Assembly: GCA_034530875.2 (NCBI GenBank)
Contig: JAVRCJ020000048.1
Span: forward strand, 1-51,226
DNA length: 51,226 nt
Reading direction: 5' to 3'
Origin: Nostoc sp. DedSLP01
GTDB lineage: Bacteria; Cyanobacteriota; Cyanobacteriia; Cyanobacteriales; Nostocaceae
Each line of letters begins with the position of its first letter. The first letter of the stretch is position 1. Below, in pieces: positions 23,089-31,067 of this stretch. The notes beneath the pieces were generated by a model, which searched no databases, was not told the origin of the DNA, and saw only the letters and a program-made list of their open reading frames with translations. Both the position numbers and the translations under genes were made by a program.

Positions 23089-23841
23089 TTAAAAGTACCG
23101 GAAAATACTGCCGCTGGCGGTAACTACCCAAGGATTACCGTTAGGTGCAACAGCTATCTGAGTGGCAGCACCCGGAACTTTGGTAAAACTAACACTATTC
23201 CAACGATATATTTCATAACCGCCCGGGCCACCGGAAGCACACCCTATCACCCAAGCAGAGTTATTTCTGCCGACTCCAATATCTTTTGCACATCCAGGAA
23301 CTTGTACAAATGAGCCATTAATTAGTTTATAAATACCTCCGTCCGAACTAACTACCCAAGGTGTACCGTTGGGTGCAACAGCTATCCGAACAGCAGCGCC
23401 GGGAACTTGGGTAAAACTAACACCGTTCCAACGATATATTTCATAACCGCCGGGGCCGCCGGAAGCACATCCTAGTACCCAAGCAGAGTCATTGTTGCCG
23501 ACTCCAATATCTTTTGCACATCCAGGAACTTGTACAAATGTGCCACCAATTCGTTTATAAATGCCTCCGTCCGAACTAACTACCCAAGGAGTATTATTCG
23601 GTGCAACAGCTATCCGAACGGCAGCGCCGGGAACTTTATTAAAACTGAAACCATTCCAACGATATATTTCATAACCGCCCGGGCCGCCGGAAGCACATCC
23701 TAGTACCCAAGCAAAGTTATTGTTACCGACTCCAATATCTTTTGCACATCCAGGAACCGAGTTAAATCCCGCAGCCATGACTGCATTAGCACCGAGTAGG
23801 GACATTGAAAGTCCCATCGATAACAAAAGAAGTTTTTTCAT
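23089..23841 (-). CDS. Secreted tectonin-like beta-propeller (putative lectin), three 76-aa repeats
   Basis: Signal peptide MKKLLLL...AVMA; 228-bp repeat period (23273, 23501, 23729); VPG-x-A-x2-I-x-V...WV blades. Confidence 0.75.
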   Translation of the reverse strand: MKKLLLLSMGLSMSLLGANAVMAAGFNSVPGCAKDIGVGNNNFAWVLGCASGGPGGYEIYRWNGFSFNKVPGAAVRIAVAPNNTPWVVSSDGGIYKRIGGTFVQVPGCAKDIGVGNNDSAWVLGCASGGPGGYEIYRWNGVSFTQVPGAAVRIAVAPNGTPWVVSSDGGIYKLINGSFVQVPGCAKDIGVGRNNSAWVIGCASGGPGGYEIYRWNSVSFTKVPGAATQIAVAPNGNPWVVTASGSIFRYF

Positions 23842-24439
23842 TTTTTTTAAAGTGTTTTGTTTATTTTTCAAGTTAAGATAACTAATCTCAACTGGAATTT
23901 AAATATTTTAGAGCTTATTAATAACTGGCAATAAACAAATGATATTTTAATTCAATATTATTAATTGTTCTTTGTAACTTTTAGACAATATAAAAACACA
24001 AATTTATAAAAATTTTATTTAGTACTTTTTATCGATAAAATTTAAATTTATATTAGTAAATAAGGCATTAAAGTTTGATTTACGCAATATCTCATTGTTT
24101 TGCTTTGATTATTATATCCTCAAGCCTTGTAACAAAGTTAGAATTATAGTTTAAAATTGCGCCCTTGATGTTTTTGTTTTTGTTTAAAGCAGGCTCTTCA
24201 ATAATATCTCTAGACGATTCCTTCAGTAAACTGCTACTACCAATTTCAGAAAAGGATGGGACAAATAAATTAGGTAGGGGCGCAAAGCTTTCATTGACAG
24301 TCGTAGGATATCATACCCACAAAACTTGTAGAGGCTCATTAACGAGTATCAAAGACTCATTAATCAACTGCAAATACTCATTAACGAGTATGGCAACAGT
24401 TTTCAACTAAATAGAATACAGCTTAAAAAATTAAAACAT

Positions 24440-24469
24440 TGTAGGGTAGCACAGCTGTGCTACCCTACA
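24440..24469. repeat. Perfect 30-bp GTAG-type palindrome (REP-like, possible terminator)
   Basis: TGTAGGGTAGCACAGCTGTGCTACCCTACA is self-complementary. Confidence 0.85.
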
Positions 24470-24502
24470 GTAGTCTATTTATGTGCAAGTTAATTTAATT
24501 TA

Positions 24503-24979
24503 TCAAGAACTAGACGCAGCTTTATTAGGTCTACCTTTAATAGCCTTAAACCGTTCGCCTAACTGTTCAGCTACAGTCTTTAAACCTGGAGTCTTTTTTG
24601 ATGCAGTCTTGACGTAATCATAAACAGTTAAACTGCCAGTCATAGCTTCACTACCGACAGCCATTAGGGTATCATCTACCTGTTCGGTGAGTTGCTGCAT
24701 TGAAATCAAAAGCTCAGTCAACGCAGTCGCTAATTGATAATCTCGAACAAGTTCCTCAACATCAAAAGTGGCTGGCAAAATTTCGCGGTTGGACTGAGCA
24801 GCAGTAATGCTATTGTTGACAAAAGCGAGGCTTTTATCGCCCATTTTCACTAACTTGCGCCGTTCATCAGCACTGAGAGTAACTAAAAAAGGCAGCTTTT
24901 GTTGGATTTTTTGTAGCGCCGCTTTAATTTCTTGGATATCTTGTGGCGAAAGCGAGCCTGTAATATTTTGATAAGCCAT
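24503..24979 (-). CDS. Helical hypothetical protein
   Basis: ORF MAYQNIT...LSADERRKLVKMGDKS...GSEA; no function recognised. Confidence 0.75.
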   Translation of the reverse strand: MAYQNITGSLSPQDIQEIKAALQKIQQKLPFLVTLSADERRKLVKMGDKSLAFVNNSITAAQSNREILPATFDVEELVRDYQLATALTELLISMQQLTEQVDDTLMAVGSEAMTGSLTVYDYVKTASKKTPGLKTVAEQLGERFKAIKGRPNKAASSS

Positions 24980-25142
24980 CGTATATTTACCTTGGGAACG
25001 GTAATGGTGAAGTAGCAATAGTTGCTAAGTATAGAATTCCCATTGGTAAGAGCGATCGCACATTATATCGAGTTTAGTTGAAAACTTATTGGGGGTTGCT
25101 GAATTATGGGATGAAACCCGATGTATTGAAATCTTAAACTCC

Positions 25143-25430
25143 TTATTCTCTCTGCGCCTCTGCGCCTCTGCGTGGGTTAAAAAAACGTACAAGTTCGCCA
25201 GTTTGCCAATTAATTGAGCCTAAATCTGTGCCTTTTTGGAGGTTACAGAAGATACAAGTATAGCAGAGATTATCTTCTGTTGTAGCGCCGCCGTGTTTGA
25301 CGCTGATGATATGGTCAACTTGACAACCAGAGGATCTATCGACTTCAGAGACGAGACAGTATTCGCATAGATGGGCGGCGCGATCGCTAACTAAACGCCG
25401 TAATTCTGCATTAATATATGGACGAGACAT
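25143..25430 (-). pseudogene. HNH endonuclease truncated at its 3' end by a repeat element
   Basis: CEYC...DHIISVKHGG...NLCYTCIFCN; after FFNPR the frame runs into CGCAGAG repeats and stops. Confidence 0.8.
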
Positions 25431-25439
25431 ATTGAATAC

Positions 25440-25694
25440 TTACTGAGGGTTAACGTACTGACAAGCTTTTGCTTTTGCCAAAGTCATAATATGCTCTAGC
25501 GTGAGGAAATAATCTAACTCTTGCTCGTCACTTCCAGTAAGACCTTCAGTTTTTGCGCGATAAACCAAATCCTCTAAACGGTCTTTGGCTGCATCAGAGA
25601 GTTTGAAATCGATAACACTTTGGGGAGTAGTTCCAGCAGCAATAAAATCTATAATTTCGTCGTAGACCTTGGTGGTATTTACAGATGTAGTCAT
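25440..25694 (-). CDS. Small helical protein upstream of the HNH gene (putative antitoxin)
   Basis: RLEDL...LTGSDEQELD...EHIMTLAKAKA; operon arrangement. Confidence 0.7.
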   Translation of the reverse strand: MTTSVNTTKVYDEIIDFIAAGTTPQSVIDFKLSDAAKDRLEDLVYRAKTEGLTGSDEQELDYFLTLEHIMTLAKAKACQYVNPQ

Positions 25695-25821
25695 GAGATT
25701 ACCTTTTTTATTTAATTTTACTGATTTATAACGCTACTTTTAATGAGTTTCCTAGTGTCTGCAAGTTAACCTACACTAAAATTAAGACAGTTTAACCAAG
25801 GCATGAGTAGAGAATTCAGCA

Positions 25822-26226
25822 ATGGCAACAGAAACAATTACTCTGCAAATCCCAGAAATACTTTATCAACGTTTAGTCAACACTGCCCACGCACAACGCC
25901 GCCCCATTGAAGAGGTAATAGTTCATGCTTTGCAAGTAGGCAGTCCTCCAGAATGGGATGATGTACCAGAGGAATTCCAAGCTGACCTCGCAGCTTTAGA
26001 TAAACTAGATGACAATAGTTTATGGGAAATTGTCCGCAGTCATAAAACAGCAGAGCAAATGGAAAGATACAACTTTCTGCTAGAGCGTAATTCTAGTGGT
26101 AACATTACAGATGCAGAACAATTGGAACTAATAAAACTGCGTCACGAAGCTGATAGTTTTATGCTTTGTAAAGCCCAAGCTACTGTATTACTCCGTTGGC
26201 GAGGACATTATCTGCCGACTCCTTAA
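25822..26226 (+). CDS. Putative antitoxin (RHH-like N-terminus) paired with an HNH nuclease
   Basis: ITLQIPEILYQRL...; 6 bp from the HNH gene. Confidence 0.7.
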   Translation: MATETITLQIPEILYQRLVNTAHAQRRPIEEVIVHALQVGSPPEWDDVPEEFQADLAALDKLDDNSLWEIVRSHKTAEQMERYNFLLERNSSGNITDAEQLELIKLRHEADSFMLCKAQATVLLRWRGHYLPTP

Positions 26227-26232
26227 ACTGTT

Positions 26233-26658
26233 GTGTCTAAATACATTCCTGAGAGCTTAAAAAATCAAATATCTGCTAGCGATAAAGGACGATGCTGTTA
26301 TTGCTTAACTACTGAAGCAAACAGTGGCATTCCTATGAGCTATGACCATATTCAACCCCGTTCCAAAGGTGGAGAAGCTACATTTGAAAATCTCTGTTTG
26401 GCTTGTCGTTCTTGCAATGAATTTAAAGCTGATTCAATCGAATCTATTGACCCTTTAACAGGGGAAACAACACCTCTATTTAATCCACGTACACAGAAAT
26501 GGTCAAACCATTTTACTTGGAGTTCTGATGCTACAAAAATTGAAGGCTTAACTCCTATTGGTAGAGCTACAATTGTTTGCTTGCGAATGAATAATCCAGT
26601 TATAGTTGTTGCCCGACGACGTTGGACAATTAGTGGTTGGCATCCTCCTGATGAATAA
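26233..26658 (+). CDS. HNH endonuclease (intact)
   Basis: CCYC, DHIQPRSKGG, NLCLACRSCNEFK, LFNPR..W..HF.W. Confidence 0.92.
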   Translation: MSKYIPESLKNQISASDKGRCCYCLTTEANSGIPMSYDHIQPRSKGGEATFENLCLACRSCNEFKADSIESIDPLTGETTPLFNPRTQKWSNHFTWSSDATKIEGLTPIGRATIVCLRMNNPVIVVARRRWTISGWHPPDE

Positions 26659-26730
26659 ATAGCTCTGTAGAGACTGTGATATTAATCATAATAAAACCAT
26701 TTCATCTTTGCGTTATTTAATTTTACTGAT

Positions 26731-26958
26731 TTACAACGCCACTTTTAATGACTTTCCTAGCGTTTTAGGCTCCGGTAAAGGTTCACCATCAGCCAAAGAT
26801 GATTCAATTAGCATTTCTAAAACTTCCTGAGCATTTTTCAAAGCTTCTTCATAAGTCTCTCCGTGAGTGTGACAAAATTCTCCCCATTCAGGAAGACTGA
26901 CCACAAAACACTCATCTTCATCAGACCACTGAATAATTATCGTGTAATGAGAATTCAT
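26731..26958 (-). CDS. hicB: HicB family antitoxin
   Basis: YTIIIQWSDEDECFVVSLP...THGETYEEALKNAQEVL. Confidence 0.9.
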   Translation of the reverse strand: MNSHYTIIIQWSDEDECFVVSLPEWGEFCHTHGETYEEALKNAQEVLEMLIESSLADGEPLPEPKTLGKSLKVAL

Positions 26959-27182
26959 TCTTTTTCTTCCTCTTGAGCATTTTTTATTTCTTCTAACCTT
27001 TGAAGTGCATTATTAACATCTTTCTCTTGGTAAGGTTTAGCATCACTTCCATCTTTACCTGATATAGTAACTCTCCCAGGTAAAAGAGGATGATACCAAT
27101 TAGTGTGACTGCCTTTCCCAGGACGGTAGATAAACCCTGCTTGTAGCAATAAGCTTTTGAGTTCTCTGATTTTCTTAGGCAT
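26955..27182 (-). CDS. hicA: HicA family toxin
   Basis: LLQAGF...GKGSH; ATGA overlap with hicB. Confidence 0.9.
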   Translation of the reverse strand: MPKKIRELKSLLLQAGFIYRPGKGSHTNWYHPLLPGRVTISGKDGSDAKPYQEKDVNNALQRLEEIKNAQEEEKE

Positions 27183-27223
27183 AGCCTCTATTTACATTTT
27201 CACTCCTCTGATTTACCACTACT

Positions 27224-27448
27224 CTATGCAACTTCCAAGGACTTTCCTAGCGTCTTAGGCTCCGGTAGAGGTTCGCCATCAGCCAAAGATGATTCAATCA
27301 ACATTTCTAAAACTTCCTGAGCATTTTTCAGAGCTTCTTTGTAAGTTTCTCCATGAGTGCAAGGCTGCATTATATTAGTAAACTCAGGCAGCAAAACCAC
27401 ATAACAATTGTCTTCTTCTGACTACTGAATCACAATTGTATATTTCAT
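27224..27448 (-). pseudogene. hicB: Second hicB copy with premature TAG at codon 9
   Basis: Manual translation MKYTIVIQ*SEEDNCYVVLLPEF...HGETYKEALKNAQEVLEMLIESSLADGEPLPEPKTLGKSLEVA*; TAG at 27422-27424 where the intact copy has TGG. Confidence 0.88.
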
Positions 27449-27484
27449 TCCTCTGAAACCTAATTACGAATTACGAATTACGAA

Positions 27485-30400
27485 TTACGAATCTAATTCT
27501 GCCAACTTCTTCTGAGCAAATTCCCGCACTTCTTCATCTGGGTCATTCTCTGCTCTGTCGCGCAACAGTGGTAAAGTCTGGTCATGCCGAGGAAATTGCT
27601 TGATAATTATCTCCAGTGCAATGCGCCGAGGATTGGGGTTATAAGGGGGATCATGGCTATCCTTAAACGGGTCATTAACAGCGCAGTGGTGGTAAATTTC
27701 AAACAACTCAAGCTGATATTTAAAGTGTTTAGCTAATTCTTCCACCGCTACACGTCGCACATTGCTATTATCATCCTGGGTAGCGCGTTGTTTGAGGATT
27801 GAGAAGGTATCGGTGTTATCTTTAAATCCCTTAGCTAATTCTTCCACTGCTACACGTCGCACATTGTAATTATCATCCTGGGTAGCGCAGTGTTTGAGGA
27901 TTGAGAAGGTATCGGCATTATCTTTAAATCCCCTAGCTAATTCTTCCACTGCTACATGTCGCACATTGCTATTATCATCCTGGGTAGCGCGTTGTTTGAG
28001 GATTGAGAAGGTATCGGTGTCAGCCTTAAATCTCTTAGCTAATTCTTGCATTGTTACTTGTCGCATAGCCCAATTATCATCAGTGGTAGCGCGGTCTTTA
28101 AGCCAGAGGAGGATGTCGGCATCATCTTTAAATCCATTGACTAATTCTTCCACTGCGATATGTCGTATATTCTCAGAATCATCATTGGTAGCGCGATCTT
28201 TGAGCCAGGAGAGGGTATCGGCATCATCTTTGAATACCCTAACTATTTCTTGCACTGCTGCTTGTCGCACATCCTCAGAATCGTCATTGGTAGCGCGATC
28301 TTTGAGCCAGGAGAGGGTATCGGTGTCATCTTTAAATCCGCTAATTAATTGTTGCACTGCTCCAAATCGGACACCCCAGTGATCATCATTGGTACTGATA
28401 TGTTTGAGAATGGGGAGGGTGTCGGCATCATCTTTAAATTCGTTGACTAATTCTCGCACTGCTGCAAATCGCACAACCCAACTTTTATCATTGGTAGTGA
28501 GGTCTTTGAGCCAAGGTAGGGTGCTTAGGTCATCTTTGAAGCCTCTGGCTAATTCTTGCACTGCTGCCATTTTCACATACTCAGAATCATCATTAGTAGC
28601 GTGGTCTTTGAGGAAGAGGGGGGTATCGGTAGAGTCTTGCCAGGTCGTTGCAATAGCTGTGACTGCTTGAGTGTGAATTTCTTGAAGTAGTTGAGTCTCT
28701 TCATCTCGATAAGGGACGTAATAGTACCAGAGGTCATATTTAATTAAGTCTTTTAGCTTATTAAGTAATTTAGTAGCTGTTGACCCAATTAACGAGCGAT
28801 TTCTGACTTCTGCAAGACACTTAGCCGCTAAAAATAGATTGACAAACTTTTCCTCTTCGCCATCTTGCACCATTAAATACTCAAGAATTTCGCCTGTAAA
28901 CTTTGGCTCAATCATTCCCGCAATTAGCAGCAGAACTTCATGCCAACTTTCATCCTGCCAGTGTTTGCCAAAAACTTCATTCTTAAGTTCTTCAATACTC
29001 AGCGTTTGCGTTTCTTTAAACTGCCAGACAAACTCCCAAGCACAGAAATATTCTAAAAATGTCCGATGCACAAAAGCATAATAATCCGCACCCAGGAAAC
29101 ATAACATAAAGTTGCGAGTCCGCAGTTGATTAATCATCACCCGCGCCACTTCTCTGGGTTTATCAAATTCTATGGTTTTAAGATAATCACTCAGAACTTT
29201 GACTAAATCATTTTCATTAATCAAATTCCCTGCCAAACCTTTCTCACCTGTCTGCATCAGATAAGCAACCTGACGCAGCATCGCTTGTTTATCTTTATAA
29301 TCAATCGTCTTAGGATCTAACCTCTTATCTTCTGTCAAAGCACGTTCCACATCCCATTGATGTAGCAGTACCCGCGAAGCTTGATTATAAAGTTCGGCTC
29401 TATCTCTTGGCAGTTCTTGATTTCGATTCAAAATTGCCATCATCGTCAACAACAGAGGATTTCCCGCCAATTCTGCAATAGCTTTGGAAGCTGCAATTCC
29501 TCTTTGCAGTCGTTCCCGTTTTCTCACTTTTTCTGCTGCATCAGCAAAAGTTAAATCATGCCAACGGTTGATAAAATCCTGAATTTGTTCTGACTCTAAA
29601 TCTTGTAATATAAAGTGGCGAAACTCAGCATCGCGCAATCGTTGCGGTTTATAGCCAATGATCCGAGAAGTGACAATCACCTGCACGTTGGGATAGTCAT
29701 TAGTAAAGCGATGAATATCAGTAATTACATCTTCTCGCTGACCGGGGTCAAACACCTCATCTAAACCATCAAACATTACCAATGCATTACCAGCTTTTAA
29801 TTGTTTATCTAGTTCCAGTTGATTGAGATGAGCAATTGCACCGCTACATTGATGAAAAAATTCGATAAAATTCTTGCACTCTTTATCTTCCCGTCGCCGC
29901 ATATAAGTGCGTAACTCAATTAGCAAGGGAATTGGTAAAGATATCGCATTATCTAGTGGTGACTGTGCCCAATTCAAAGCCAGAAATTGCAACAAAGTAG
30001 ACTTCCCGGAACCAGGGTCGCCCAAAATGACGAGATATTTATAATCTTGCTTTTTATTGACAACATCTAAAACACAAAGTATCGGCTGTTCAAAATAAAC
30101 GCGTTTGTGGCGTTCTAATTCTACTAATTCAACTTCTGCTTCTACTCGATCGCTTTCTCGCAGTCGGCGTAAATGTTCTTTCGGCAGTTCGTGAACTTGT
30201 GGTAAAACTTGATGAGCTTCCCGGACATTTTGAGCCGTAAAAATCCGCCACAATTTGAGTTTGTTATAGGCATAGCCGCTAGTATCTAAGCTATCTAATT
30301 TAACATTGCCATAGCGTTCTAGGATTCCTACTTGATATTTATTTAAATCAAAATCTGGATTAATACCAGAAAGTTGTTTTATATTTGTTTCAATACTATA

Positions 30401-30904
30401 TAATTTTTGTAATTCTAAGATATGGTGTAATTCTTCGGAATCTAAAAGCAGTTCTTGGACTTGTGTAAAATACTGTTCTGTAATTGATTGCCAGTTAAAC
30501 TTAGGTGGTAGAAGTTTAAGTTGCAGCTTCTTCCAACTATCTTCTAGCTTTTTAGCGTCTAAAGATTCACAGTTAATATCAAAAGCCTTACCAAGAATTC
30601 CTATAACTAACTTATCGCTAATAAATTTCTTGATGTCTTGAGTATAATCTTTAATTTCAGTTTCACTAAGTTTGCAACGAACCTTTAACTGTTGCTGCAC
30701 CAGTTGTAAAAATTCCTTTAACGCTTTCCCAGCAGCAATTTCTATATCTTCCTTCTTAAGTTTCTCCAAAATCTTGCCAGGGATACCTTTTAATAAATCT
30801 TTAGCCCAATCTTTGGCAGCATCTTTGGCTAAGTCTTCGAGAATGGGTTTAAAAATCAACCCAGCAGCTTGAGTTACACCCCAAATAGCTAACAAATCCA
30901 TCAT
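27485..30904 (-). CDS. NACHT-family STAND NTPase with C-terminal HEAT-like repeats
   Basis: Walker A GDPGSGKS, Walker B VMFDGLDE, NPLLL, FVHRTFLEYF; nine 34-aa repeats. Confidence 0.92.
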   Translation of the reverse strand: MMDLLAIWGVTQAAGLIFKPILEDLAKDAAKDWAKDLLKGIPGKILEKLKKEDIEIAAGKALKEFLQLVQQQLKVRCKLSETEIKDYTQDIKKFISDKLVIGILGKAFDINCESLDAKKLEDSWKKLQLKLLPPKFNWQSITEQYFTQVQELLLDSEELHHILELQKLYSIETNIKQLSGINPDFDLNKYQVGILERYGNVKLDSLDTSGYAYNKLKLWRIFTAQNVREAHQVLPQVHELPKEHLRRLRESDRVEAEVELVELERHKRVYFEQPILCVLDVVNKKQDYKYLVILGDPGSGKSTLLQFLALNWAQSPLDNAISLPIPLLIELRTYMRRREDKECKNFIEFFHQCSGAIAHLNQLELDKQLKAGNALVMFDGLDEVFDPGQREDVITDIHRFTNDYPNVQVIVTSRIIGYKPQRLRDAEFRHFILQDLESEQIQDFINRWHDLTFADAAEKVRKRERLQRGIAASKAIAELAGNPLLLTMMAILNRNQELPRDRAELYNQASRVLLHQWDVERALTEDKRLDPKTIDYKDKQAMLRQVAYLMQTGEKGLAGNLINENDLVKVLSDYLKTIEFDKPREVARVMINQLRTRNFMLCFLGADYYAFVHRTFLEYFCAWEFVWQFKETQTLSIEELKNEVFGKHWQDESWHEVLLLIAGMIEPKFTGEILEYLMVQDGEEEKFVNLFLAAKCLAEVRNRSLIGSTATKLLNKLKDLIKYDLWYYYVPYRDEETQLLQEIHTQAVTAIATTWQDSTDTPLFLKDHATNDDSEYVKMAAVQELARGFKDDLSTLPWLKDLTTNDKSWVVRFAAVRELVNEFKDDADTLPILKHISTNDDHWGVRFGAVQQLISGFKDDTDTLSWLKDRATNDDSEDVRQAAVQEIVRVFKDDADTLSWLKDRATNDDSENIRHIAVEELVNGFKDDADILLWLKDRATTDDNWAMRQVTMQELAKRFKADTDTFSILKQRATQDDNSNVRHVAVEELARGFKDNADTFSILKHCATQDDNYNVRRVAVEELAKGFKDNTDTFSILKQRATQDDNSNVRRVAVEELAKHFKYQLELFEIYHHCAVNDPFKDSHDPPYNPNPRRIALEIIIKQFPRHDQTLPLLRDRAENDPDEEVREFAQKKLAELDS

Positions 30905-31067
30905 ACTGGCGTCTGTTGAGATTTTGATTACGAGTATATACACCAGCTTAAGTAATATTTCCAAATTTCAGACTTATTGCAGAAACAAACCTTAATTTTG
31001 CAGTTTCTACAAACAGTGGGTTGTGGTTAAGCCATAATAGATACATTTCCCCAGAGAAGCAAAGTTT

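Noticed and set aside
27894..28670. Plus-strand ORFs antisense to the NACHT repeats, and other antisense ORFs within murC, gap2, thiL, proS, nifV and the NRPSs
   Set aside because: They are shadow frames of well-supported genes.
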